Shown here: positions 1 to 43,610 of the stretch, piece by piece | How the letters are laid out: each line of letters begins with the position of its first letter | Numbering within the stretch: the first letter of the stretch is position 1 | Origin: Chrysomallon squamiferum | Taxonomy: Eukaryota; Animalia; Mollusca | DNA length: 64,000 nt | Assembly (NCBI GenBank): GCA_012295275.1 | Contig: CM022676.1 | Location: forward strand, 10,478,001 to 10,542,000 | Direction of reading: 5' to 3' | Notes under the pieces: model-generated | Told to the model about the DNA's origin: nothing | What the model saw: the letters and a program-made list of their open reading frames with translations, nothing else | Database searches by the model: none | Translations under genes and position numbers: made by a program

Positions 1-189
1 ACATAAATACATATCTACATACCTCTTTCTCTCTGTGTTTCTTTCTTTATATATATATATATATATATGTATGTATATATGTATGCATATAAACACTAAC
101 ACACATACACACATACATACATATACTTTCATAAATACCTACCTACGTAAATACATATCTATATACCTCTCTCTCTCTCTTTCTCTCTT

Positions 190-235
<46 letters not shown>

Positions 236-332
236 CATATACACACTAACACACAACCAAACACACACACACATATCCCTTCTACACGTGAATACTTTAC
301 TTAATTCTTCTTCTTCTTCTTCTTTGTTCTAG

Positions 333-383
333 CTACGTCTGGGTATTTCTCAGGCCCGTGGTATTCACCTGGAGCTGAAGGAG
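333..383 (+). CDS. membrane protein gene, juxtamembrane exon
   Basis: ttgttctag acceptor; open frame TSGYFSGPWYSPGAEG; needs a GC donor (G|gcaagt) for phase 1. Confidence 0.45.
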
Positions 384-1715
384 GCAAGTTAGCATTATTC
401 TCTCTCTTCTCCTCAACACTCGCGTTCAGAAATGTTTAAAACTGTTTTTCTGTTTCGTCTTGTGCATAACACACAGTGCTGCGACAGATAAAACACTGTT
501 AACCACACAGGTTACGTAATCACAAGAGTTCTTTTAGTGCTGTGTTCCCAAAAACATAAAGACACATAGAAAGACACATAGAAATACACAATATAAATAC
601 ACACACACACACAAACACAATATATATATATATATATAAAAAGTTTATTATTGGTTAGTACTCGTAAACATGCACATTTGTTGCTGTTTATTGTACCTAA
701 TACAACCAGGATAATATAATGTTAATGGGAAGGCACATAAAAAAGATTACTTATTGCTAAAAAAGACTAATCCATTGAGATGAGGTACTAAGTTTCTTCT
801 TTATAATACAATAATTATAAAAAAAATATAAAAAATAATAATAATAATAATAGTATTAATGATAATGATAATAATAATAATGTTTGACATCTTATACTTA
901 TTAACATTAAACTGATTCATATTAAAATGTGTCAAATTTAAAAAAAAGGAAAATCTTCATTCATATTTAATTCACATATTTACATTTTTCTGGCTATAAT
1001 CATTAATACTAAAAAGTATTGGAATGTTTTTATTCATTCATTCATTCACAATTTTGCATCACATTCAAATTTCAGATTATGATGTTGCTGCAGTTGCCAT
1101 TGTCTGTGTAGTGTTGGTTATTGCTGCTTTTATGGTATGGTCAGCTTATGTCTTTTATAAAAAAAATGAACAAGGTAGGTGTGGTTGATTAGAATAAAGT
1201 TTTTAAGGATATTTTAGATTTTGTTTTGCTAACTTGCCAAAAAAAAAAAAAAAAAAAAAAAAAACAATCAAACTATATGATGTATTTTAGAAATAAATTA
1301 ATAAGTAAACAAGCAAAAACAAAACAAATAAAAACAAACAATAAAGTAGTAAAGTTGTCAGTAATAAATAAATAAATAAATAAATAAATAAACAAAAAGA
1401 ATAAAATAAATAAATAAATATTTTATTTTATTTATTATTAATTTTTTGTTATTGTTTTAAATTTAGACATCTGAAAATTTAAATTTATTCATTTTTAAAT
1501 TTTTAACTTTTTTTTTTTTACCAGTAGTGTAGTTCTCTTCTTTTTCTACTTCTTCTTTTTCTTCTTCTTCTTCTTCTTCTTATTATTATTACATGTAATG
1601 TTATTGTTACCGTCATCATCATCAATATTATTAATTGTTTAATAATTTATTTATTTATTTATTTATTCATTTTTAATTAATTTATTAATTAATTAACTTT
1701 TTTTTGCTTTGTTTT

Positions 1716-1746
<31 letters not shown>

Positions 1747-1991
1747 TTTTCCAGCTGGAGATGATAGTTCTGTTAAATACGGCGAATTTGACTCTCCGGT
1801 ATAACATGATACACAAAACATTTCAAACCTGAGATTTTTGTCTTGAATTTTGTTGGGTTGAGGTGGGATTTGGGTTGAGTGGGTTGTGAACCTCTACAGT
1901 TACATATTGAACAGAAATTTTTATCTGTGTTGATCACTTTATAGACATCTTCATTAAGTAACACCAAAAATATATTCTTCTTATTTCCAAT

Positions 1992-2022
<31 letters not shown>

Positions 2023-4039
2023 TTGTTGTTGTTGTTGTAATTATTATTATTATTATTATTATTATTATTGTTATTATCATTGTTATTATTATTGTTATTG
2101 TTATTACTGTCTAAATTTATTATTGGTCTTATTATTGCTATTACTGTTATTATCATTATCATCATCATCCAGTTGAAATTAATAATAAAGTAAAACATCA
2201 AAAGATTACAGTTAATTAATATCTGCATCCTGCGATTTTTCTGTAGTAATGATACTATCATACCTAGGACATACCAATCTGCATTAAAAAAGCTTTTTTT
2301 TTTTTTTTTTTTTTTTTTCAAGACATCCCCTATAGCACAAGATCTTTTCAGCATGTTCAAACTTCCCACCAAACCACAGCCTCCACCAATAGTTCAAAAA
2401 GACTCCAATAAATTTCTGAGAAAAGACTTGAATTCTGAAACAGACGACAAAGCCAAAGTAAGTAGCATTTATTAATTGATGGGGGTGGGGACACTGAAGC
2501 CAGGGCAAGATCTAGGTATCCTTTCTAAGGGGTCAGCTTTCATTTGGCAAGATGGTTAAAGAAATTTCTCCACAATGGTTGATGCATTGTCACGATATTT
2601 GTCTCTCATAATTATTTTTGTATTTTTTTTATTAATTAGGAGATGCAGTTGGGGTTCATTAAGGGTTAAAAGGGTTGATAATTGTTTTGGCTGAACCCTG
2701 TGTTTAATGGAAGAAAAAAAGAAGAGTTTTAGTTAATTAATGATGCTTTCAGTAAACGTTTTCAATTCAAATTTATGCATAGCCATCTTTAATATGGGGA
2801 AAAAGACTGATTAAGTAAAAGAATAGAATAACTAATTAGTTAAGTGTATTACGTCACTTTACACTATACTATACTACACTATCCTATACTGTACTACACT
2901 ACATCACACTACACTAGATTACATTTTTCTACACTAAACTACACTATCCTATACTATACTACACTAATAATACTAATGGTAATAATAATAATAATGATAT
3001 TGATAATATAATAATAATGATGATGAATTTTTTCATTTTTTATTATTATTTTTTTTACTTCCTATTTTATTCTGATAATGCAGATGCATCAGTAGTTACA
3101 ATACCCAGCATCTCACAGATGAAATGATATTTTGTTTGACTAAAACAGAAAATAATAAAAAACGAAATATTTTCAAATTTGTTTTAGATAATTAGAGAGA
3201 ATGGCAGTTCTGGTAAAGTCTGCAAATACCATGGAAAACGAAGACATTCAGACAGACGGACTTCTGAAAGCAGTTTTGAAGTAAGTAACTAGAGAACTAA
3301 TTAAGCAGCTAATTATCTTGTTGATTAATTAACCAGATAATTAATTAGACAAGTAAATAAATAATCAATCAAACTTGAGAAATTATCAGATAAATGAAAG
3401 AAATGTTAATAAATGAATGAGTAAGTAAATAAATAGATAAGTAGGAAAGTAAGTAAGTAAATAGGTAAATAAAATATACTTGATAAAAACATTCCCACAG
3501 GAATTTTGAGATATTTTAAACTCTTCAAATATTTATGTTTATTTAATTTGTTTATTATTATTATTATTATTTATATATTTATTAATGATATTTCTTTCTT
3601 TCTTTTTATTAATTCTTTATTTATTTATTCCCATACGTATAATGCATGAAGCCACTTTTTTTTTTTAATTTGTCCTGTTATTTATTAAAGTTATTGTTAA
3701 TCAATTTGTATTTTGAACATTTCATGTTTTTACTTCAGAATCCAGAGGAAAGCCTAGGCAAAGTGTTTTTTTGTTTTAAATTGTCCCGTTATTTATTAAA
3801 GTTATTGTTAATCAATTTGTATTTTGAACATTTCATGTTTTTACTTCAGAATCCAGAGGAAAGCCTAGGCAAAGTTTTTTTTGTTTTAAAAACAAAACAA
3901 TATTTATTAAATTTTGTTAAAATTTGATTATTTTGAACATTTCATGTTTTTACTTGTGAATCCAGAGGAAAGTGTTCAGGTGTGGTGTGGGGAGGGTAGA
4001 TTTGAACGTTTTCAAGAAGAATCAGAAAATGTTGATTAA
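333..4039 (+). CDS. 3' portion of a spliced gene for a single-pass membrane protein (5' exons lie upstream of the window)
   Basis: Phase-compatible exons 333-383, 1076-1174, 1755-1798, 2323-2457, 3188-3280 and a terminal exon (3980-4039, or from 3739/3850). Translation: TSGYFSGPWYSPGAEG-DYDVAAVAIVCVVLVIAAFMVWSAYVFYKKNEQ (TM plus basic stop-transfer)-AGDDSSVKYGEFDSP-TSPIAQ...DDKAK-IIRENG...SSFE-VWCGEGRFERFQEESENVD*. Family not recognisable. Confidence 0.65.
1076..1174 (+). CDS. membrane protein gene, transmembrane exon
   Basis: tttcag / gtaggt; hydrophobic VAAVAIVCVVLVIAAFMVWSAYVFY followed by KK. Confidence 0.75.
1755..1798 (+). CDS. membrane protein gene, cytoplasmic exon
   Basis: ttccag / gtataa; phase 1 to 0; GDDSSVKYGEFDSP. 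Confidence 0.6.
2323..2457 (+). CDS. membrane protein gene, cytoplasmic exon
   Basis: poly-T + caag / gtaagt; 135 nt, phase 0-0, open. Confidence 0.65.
3188..3280 (+). CDS. membrane protein gene, cytoplasmic exon
   Basis: ttttag / gtaagt; 93 nt, phase 0-0, open. Confidence 0.65.
3665..3975 (+). repeat. tandem triplication (about 110 bp unit) of a splice-acceptor region
   Basis: ttttgaacatttcatgtttttactt(cag/gtg)aatccagaggaaag occurs three times, with AAT starts at 3739, 3850 and 3959. Confidence 0.9.
3980..4039 (+). CDS. membrane protein gene, candidate terminal exon
   Basis: gttcag acceptor, phase 0, VWCGEGRFERFQEESENVD then TAA; the acceptor actually used is ambiguous because of the upstream triplication. 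Confidence 0.4.
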   Translation: MWCGEGRFERFQEESENVD

Positions 4040-5234
4040 AAAGAAATAAAAAAGGAGATTTTCCTTAATCTGGAAACGTATCCGGATTTCTGGACTGAAA
4101 AACAAAACAATAACTTCTGTTAATTTTGATAAAATGATTATATGTGCATTACTGTACATTTCTGTGTGTTAGTGTGTGTGTGTTCATGTGTGTGTGTGTG
4201 TGTGTGTGTGTGTTCATGTGTGTGTGTGGACATACAATATTAATTATTGTAATAGCATTTTTGCACTAAATTGTGTATTTTAATTAATTAAATTACCAGG
4301 TATTTTCACCAGTACCCAATTATCAGTAAGCATTATTAGTATTTAATAACATATTATCTAGTTTTTTGTTAATATTGATTACGTTTAGGAATTGTGTTTT
4401 GAATAAAAAGAAATTTAACACGAATCTTGGTTTTTATTGAAGCTAGCAAACAGTGGAACCCTTAAATGACAATATTTATTTATTTTTTTATTTATTTATT
4501 TACTGACTTATTTGTTTATTCATTCATTTATTTACTTATTTATTTACACACTAATTTATTTATTATTTTATTTATTTACTTATTTGTTTATTCATTTATT
4601 TACTTATGTTTCAATTTTTTTTGTATATGTTTGTTTATTTATTTATGTATTTATTTACTCACTAATTTATTTATTTATTTATTGAATTATTTGTATACTT
4701 TTTTTTTTTTTTTATTTTATTTTATTTTTATTACTTTTTTTATTTGATTTAAGAATTGATTCTGGGCTGGGCAAGGTAAGGTGTACTTTAATCAGCTCTC
4801 CACACAATGATATTTATAAATTGTCTTTGTGCAGGCCCTGCTTACATCTTAGTTTTATTTATTTTTAGCAACCAGTATTTTCCAATTACAAAGTAAATCA
4901 CCAAATTAAATCGCTACAGTTGTGTATCGTCAATTTTTATTTATGTTTTTAAGTTTAAAGTGTTTATGCCTAATTATTTACGTATTTAGATGCCTTGGTA
5001 CCAGAAAGCCAGAAAAATCAAGAAATCCGGATAATAGGTCCAGTACCTGTATATAATAATAATGTTATAAAAGAAGAAAGGCAAAAAAAACACAAAAAAA
5101 AACAAAAAAACAACAACCCGTATACTCAATCTTTCAAGCATTTATCTATCATAAAAAAATAAAATAATAAAAATTAAAAATTAAAAAATAATAACAATAG
5201 ACAGTAACCGAAAATACATTTTGAAGGAATATAA

Positions 5235-5286
<52 letters not shown>

Positions 5287-5404
5287 TAAGAAAACAAAAA
5301 ATTAATTAATATTGATTAATTAGTGGTGCTCAGTCGTACATTAAAATTAAGAATGTTACAATCGAATTAATCTAATATAACGCTTATTTACTTAGTATCG
5401 TTGA

Positions 5405-5470
5405 TGAATCGCAACATCACCTCCTTCAGTCTGTAGGTATTGCAAATTAATAAAAAAAATTCTTTAGCAT

Positions 5471-5540
<70 letters not shown>

Positions 5541-5667
5541 CTGTTCTCGAAAAATGAAATTAAATAGATACACGTCTGTCCATCAATAATTAACAATAAA
5601 TTTATGATCTAAGGGGAATAACTCTATTTTAATGTTAAATTCGACAGGACTTATTCTTAGAATTTTT

Positions 5668-5719
<52 letters not shown>

Positions 5720-6054
5720 CAATAATAATAATAATAATAATAATGACAATAATAATAATAATAATAATAATAAAAAAGAAAACAACAAAAAATGTATGAA
5801 TATTTATCAATCAGTGGTGCTTTGTGTCTTTCGTGAATTGGAACATCACATCCTTCAGTCTATAAGTATTGCAAATTAATTTATAAAAAAAATCTTTAAC
5901 ATATTTGAGAGAGAGAGAGATTTTCTGTTATCGAAAAATGAATTTAAATATAAACACTTCTGTCCATGAATAATTAACAATACATTTATGATCCAAGGGG
6001 AATAACTCTATTTTAATGTTAAATTCGACAGGACTTAATCTTCTTAGAGTTTTT

Positions 6055-6109
<55 letters not shown>

Positions 6110-6328
6110 CAATGATAATAATAATAATAATAATAATAACAACAATAATAATAATAATAATAACAACAACAATAATAATAATAAGAAGAAGAAGAAGAAG
6201 AAGAAAAAAGAGGAAGACGATGATGATGAATAAGAACGACAGCAACATCAACATCTTGATCCAGAGGTAAATACAAAAACAAAATTGTACATTAGTCCTT
6301 ACGTTTCAAAACATTTTCCAGAAAATTG

Positions 6329-6403
<75 letters not shown>

Positions 6404-6509
6404 ATTTTCTGTTATCGAAAAATAAATTTAAATATAAAGGAAAAAAGCATGCAACACGTTTGTCGACCAATAAATAACAATGAATTTATGATCTAAGGGG
6501 AATAACTCT
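5405..6509. repeat. imperfect tandem repeat (2 full + 1 partial copy) with embedded (GA)n and (AAT)n
   Basis: Shared blocks attttctgtt-tcgaaaaat and aatttatgatc-aaggggaataactct at about 5536-5630, 5920-6010 and 6403-6509. Confidence 0.8.
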
Positions 6510-6510
6510 G

Positions 6511-6795
6511 TTAAGGTTAGGGTTAAGGTTAGAGTAAGGTTTTAGGTTAGGATAGGGTTATGGCTAGAGTTAAGGTTAGGGTTAGGATTCACTTTTAGGT
6601 TAGGGTTAGATTTCAGATTAGGATAACGTTTTAGGTTTTAGATTAGGTCTGGGTTAGGTTTTGGGTTAGTTAGCCTTAGGGTTAGGGTTTGTGTTAGTGG
6701 TACGGTTAGGGTTAGGGTTAAGGTTAAGTTTAGTTTAGGTTAGGATTAGGATTAGGGGTATATTTTATGTTTTATTTTAGGTTAGGGTTAGGATT
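6511..6795 (+). repeat. degenerate interstitial (TTAGGG)n telomere-like array
   Basis: About 285 bp of ttaggg/ttaagg/ttagga variants. Confidence 0.8.
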
Positions 6796-6824
6796 ACAGA
6801 TTTGCATCTGCTGAGAGAACTGTG

Positions 6825-6881
<57 letters not shown>

Positions 6882-7268
6882 TTATTATACACTAAAACGA
6901 AAGTGCAACTAAATAACATTTATTTTCTACAGATTACTTTTGTATAATATTACTGTTATTACTGTTTTCTGACGTTTACAAACTGTCATTAACAAACTCA
7001 GTGTTCCTGGTTAAACGATAATTAATGTTTCTTGTGCCGCGACAGAAAACACTGTTTAAATGTTTGCATTGCAGCATTCGGTTCAGTGCGTAGAGAAATT
7101 AATATTCTCAGTGAACCGGTTTATTCATTTGCAAGTGGGGATTATGGAGGACATGCTTTGGATATACAGGTCTAAAATGAGTCAATTTGGGGTTATACAT
7201 ACCTTTTTTCCTGGTTACTGGGTAAAGTTTTGCGTTTATACATCTTGCTGAGATTTCAGATTTAGAAA

Positions 7269-7307
<39 letters not shown>

Positions 7308-7918
7308 GTTGTTGAAATTATATATGAATAACTAAATAACTGAGTAAATAAATAAATAAACAAATAAATAAATAAATAAATATATTAGTAAGTAAGGAAA
7401 TAAATAAATGAAATATGCGATACGTTTTTAATGTTAATTTTTGTTCTCCTTTCTGTTATTATTATAATTACTGTTGTTATTGTTGTTATTATTGTTGTGT
7501 TTCTGATTTTGCTACTGTGTTGTTGTTGTTGTTAACAAACATCTGACATTCATACCATATATTTTTAAGTGTTTTTGTTTTGTATTAGCTTTTTTTTTAA
7601 ATGTATTGATTTCTTCTTCTTCTAATCAATAATTATTGACGAAGTAATCAAAACACATTCAAGTTACAGCTTAATGATATATGAATAATAATACTTTCGT
7701 TCATTGTATACGCAAGTGCTTATTGATCAAGTAATCAAAAAAAATGTTTAAGTGAAGCTTAGACGAAACATTTTCTTTTGTGTATTAACATCATTATTTT
7801 TATTCTGACGTCCGACACAGTTTCATTATTATATAATTTTTTGGCAATGAAGCAATCAGACCGCTAGCTCTTGTTTCACTAAAATTAAACATTAATCATC
7901 TTTCCTTTCTTTCTCTGA

Positions 7919-8038
<120 letters not shown>

Positions 8039-8278
8039 TATATATTTATTATTATTATTACGCTTATTATTTCTCTCTGTTTTTTCTCCTTTTTTTTTGT
8101 TGTTTTTTTTTATTATTATTTCTTCTTTTTGTTTTTTTGAAGTGCTATGATAAATTTGTGTATTCAAGCATGTAAAAATAGAGCGTATAAGACCATTTAT
8201 CAGAAGAAGATCTTAGCTTGTTTATTCGATACTATCGGTTGAAACTGTTCGCTGGAAGTCGTAGATTTGTTACACGCT

Positions 8279-12284
<4,006 letters not shown>

Positions 12285-13354
12285 GACGTTGTCGTGATGT
12301 TGCTCTTGTGTTTGGGGGTTCTTTTAACTGTGAAAATATATGTTAACTTCTATTTCTGTTGCTTTTTTTTCTTAGATTTTCTGGGCTTTATTTTTTTGTT
12401 GTTCTTTGTTGCTTGTTGTTCGATCATTGTATTTTTTTAAATTTTAAATCATTTTTTTTTCAGCTTTTTTAATTTGTCGTTGATGTATGTTTTTTTTTTT
12501 TTTGTTCTTATTGTAGCAGCTTTTGTTTAAAGATGCTGTTATCATTGATACTGTTACACTAAAGTTTCCTGATGTTGCTGCTGTTGTATTAAAATGATGC
12601 TGTTGTCGCTGATGTTGTTGTATTTAAGGTCTGTTATTAATTTCAGGATCTGGTTACATTCAGATGTATTAATTATTGTGTTAATTATTATCATACTTTG
12701 TCATTCACCCAAAACAATAAATCGTTGCATAAGGTCACTGACGTCATCTATTTTCTTACGTCATAATGACGTCACGTAGTACTACCACATATTCTCGTCT
12801 CGTGCATCACCTTCTCTGTAATTTACTTCCCTGAATGACACATTTTGGATGAGCTGTATCAGTTAATTATTAATTGTGTTGTTGTATGTTTCTATGTTCA
12901 GAACCTGGTATTTGTCACATAAACCAAGTTAAGAAACGCTTGGCTGGTTGTAACCATGAGTGCAATAATGTAATTTGTTCAGATGTGTGAAATACATATG
13001 AACTTACGTATTTGCGTTTTTATTTATTTAATTTTTTTTGTTTGTTGTTGTTTGGGTGTTTATATTTATATACTGAAGCCACATTTACTCATTTAGTATC
13101 TGTCTGTCTATTTATTTATTTGTTTATTTATTTATTTATTTATTTATTTTTTATTTAGTATCTGTCTATTTATTTATTTGTTTGTTTATTTATCTCTATA
13201 AACATCTCTGTATCAAACTGTCTATCTCCTATCTCATCGTTATTACCGTCATCATCATCATCATCCAATCATTATTATTTAATCACTAATAAAATACAGA
13301 TGTTAATAGATAGAAATGTCATAACAAAGTTATTATTGTTGTTATTGTTATTAT

Positions 13355-13433
<79 letters not shown>

Positions 13434-13811
13434 TTTAACACTGAAATCAATTTTAACAACAGAAATATTTTAAAATTTAGATCACAAAATCCACTGAAGT
13501 CATAAGTAATAATAACAAAGAAACACAACAACACTTGTGTCATTGCTAACACTGATTTTAACAGTGATAATTAACTGATATAAATTATAACGTCATCGTC
13601 AACGCTGATATACGTTATGACGTCATAGCCAACACTGATATACGTCATGACATTACAGTTAACAAGGAGAGGAGCTGTACTTGTATGTGACGTCAACAAC
13701 AGCGTCAGTAATGAGGACTGAGGATGTTTGTAATTATTCTAATGTAATATCTTATACTGCAGGAAAAAAATTCACACATAAAAAGAAAGCTATAAGAAAG
13801 TCGTCTTCATT

Positions 13812-40341
<26,530 letters not shown>

Positions 40342-40448
40342 CTGAAATAGAAAAGGAGCTTTTTAAATACGGTCGTAAACACACATACAGACGGAAAAGC
40401 AGACACAGATAGGTGTGTAATTATAATGTTTATGCTATATATATATAG

Positions 40449-40483
<35 letters not shown>

Positions 40484-41719
40484 TGTATGTATGTATATAT
40501 GTATATATACAATCATATTTGTTGGAATTTTAAAGTTCAATAAAAGTCAAATATAAGCGTTTTGTTTCTTCTTTTTTTTTCTTTTTTCTTAAACTGTTGA
40601 TGTGGATCGGGTTTTTTTTTTTTTCGTGTGTGTGCGTGCGTGCATGCGTGCGTGTATTTTCGCAAGTGAAAGGAAAATCAGAAATGAAATAAATACCTCT
40701 ATAAACTATTTATCAAAAAAAAAAAAAAGAGACACTATCACAATCATCATCATCAACAACAACAACAACAAATAAACAAACCCTCATAAACTATTAATAA
40801 AGAAATTTTGATCAACTTTACTTCAGGACATCAATCAAATTCAGAAATACGGCAAATTTTCATAGTACCCTTGATGCTTGCATAGGAAAGTAGGTCACGC
40901 CTGAAAATATAGAGTAATGTAATAATGAAAAATAGATTTACATACCTAATAGTCCTAGCAATATTAAACAATAGAGAAAAGACCGATAATATTTATAGAC
41001 AGACATTATTATATAGCGATGTCGTTTTCATTTAACTGAACTTAACGTGTTAGTAAATTATGCCCTGCATAGCTGGGTTCTTATTCGAGATTAATGGTGA
41101 TGATTAAAATATTAGTAATTATGAAGGTAGTAAGAGTACTGATGGTGTGGTTATGGTTGTGATAGTAGTGGTTGTAGATGTTGTGATAGTAGGACTAAAA
41201 ATAGTTGTAGTTGTAGTAGTTGTTGTTGTTGTTGTTTTTGGTGTACATCTGCAGTAGTAGTAGGAACAGTAGTACATCTTAACAAGCTATTTTAGGTATT
41301 TGACTAGATACATTAATTTCCTGATCACGCTTAGCAGGGTTTCAAATCGAGACATTTCCTCAGACGGAAGTTGGGATACTGGTTTCAAGTGCTTAAGATA
41401 ATGTGAAACATTTAGATACACACACACTTTACACACGTAACTATAAAATAATAACAATGACACTGACAATAATAATAATAATAATAATAATAATAGTAGT
41501 AGTAGTAGTAGTAGTAGTAGTTGTTGTTGTTGTTGTAGTAGTAGCCGTGCCGCCGCTGATGGTGGTGTAGTAGTAGTTATAGCATCACAGCAACATAAAT
41601 AACAACACCAAAAATATATATTAATGAAAATAATATTGAGATAACGAAATCTAGAAGAAGAAGAATTTAATGGAATAATTAAGCGTATTATAATTATTTT
41701 ATCGTTTAACATAAGTATA

Positions 41720-41754
<35 letters not shown>

Positions 41755-41757
41755 TAT

Positions 41758-41844
<87 letters not shown>

Positions 41845-43559
41845 TTCGTATATTTATTTTTCTGAAGAAACTGGACGGCAGAAAGTCTAAGTAGATGGGA
41901 AAGAAGGGGGAAAAAATGGTTCTTATTTCCAGATTTCAGATTTCATTTGTCACAGATCACGGAATAATAATAAAAATAATAACAATAACAAACCGAAAAA
42001 AAGAAAGAAAAGAAAAACAAATTGGAAAGAAATATTTAAAAAGAAAACAAAATCAGAACCTAATTAAAACAGGCAGCTCAATACAAAAGTTTTTGTATTA
42101 AACAATTGTTTCTGAAACAAGTTATGACGTCAAAATCAATCATTCAATGACCCGATGTAATTACCGCATTATGACGTTGTCATGACAACTAATTCTAGCA
42201 GTTTGTCAAACTGAGATAGTCATTTTTCTTCTTCTTTTTTTTCATTCTTTTTTTTCATTTTTTATTTTTTCTAAGAAAGTTAAATTTCTTTGAGAACTTT
42301 CTTGAAGCTGAAACAGTGTGCTACGTAAACACAAACAGACGAATGGCCAGAGACAGACACACAGACACACAGACAGACAAAGAAATAGATGAATGAACGG
42401 ATTGATGGATGGATGGATAGAGAGATATACAGATACAGACAGACAGATATATATATATATATATATTAACTCATCGATCTATTCATTCTACAGTAGATCA
42501 ATATTTTAGTCATTTTAACTGTCCATCCACACTATTATCCATAAACGTGTGTGTGTACCTGTGTATACACACACATACACACACACGCGCACACACATAT
42601 GCATGCACTGATCCATACCTTAATAATTTATAATTTTTTCCACGCATCCATAATCCATCCATCATTTGTCAGTCTGTCAATCAGAAAGGAAGCAATAAAG
42701 CAAAGACTAACATAGAAAACTCTATCAGCTCAGTATATACAAATAATTTTAAAAATTATATATATATATATATATATTATTATTATTTTTTTTTTTTTCT
42801 GTTCCTGTATGTTTGGCTGAATCAGTCGATAACCCGTGATTAACGTTTTAACAGTAATTCAAAATCATTTTACCGTAAACGCAGAATTAAAAACCCCAAG
42901 GGAAATAACTCTTTTTAGCAGGGATGGTCTAACGGCCTGGAAGGTAAATAAACAAATAAGACTAATGCAAAGAGGCTATTAAATGTTTTAGAGATAAACA
43001 GAAATCGTTAGGAGATAAAGAAACCGAGCATTACACATGGGAAATAACTGCAACACACAAATGGAGTTAAAACGTATAACTATTTGAACGGCGCCGTATT
43101 AAATGAAGTTGTGACGTCATCTCGAGCTAGGCGGACTAACACCAGACTTTTTTTTTTTTTTCTCACAGCACTAGAAGAAGTTTAAGACCAAATAGGTCCA
43201 ATGCCTGAGATGACGTCACGATTACAGAAACATGAAAATGGGGGTTGGGGTTACGCATGGGGACTATGTTACTACTTTTTAGTTGCCATTTTATGTGTAA
43301 TTTCTGTACTAAATATGGAGTGAGAGACTTGTATTTAGTAACAAAGTAACTGCAGATGGAAATATTTTGTTACTAATCAGTATCTGTAAATTTCAGAATG
43401 GTTTACCGCTGTGAAAATGAGGAAACTAAAACGTATTTAGAATTAAATGATAATGAAATTACTCAATGTATAGCGTCTACTGCCTTCTTCTTCACCCTCT
43501 TTGTTTTAACGTGCTCCAAGTTGTTAAAACCCACTGTCACCGCTGCCACAAATATATAT

Positions 43560-43610
<51 letters not shown>

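Noticed and set aside
40822-40900. Possible signal-peptide exon MQASRVL*KFAVFLNLIDVL with UGA read as Trp by the local tRNAs
   Set aside because: All intact tRNAs have a CCA anticodon and a normal D stem, and this exon ends in phase 2 while the next exon needs phase 1
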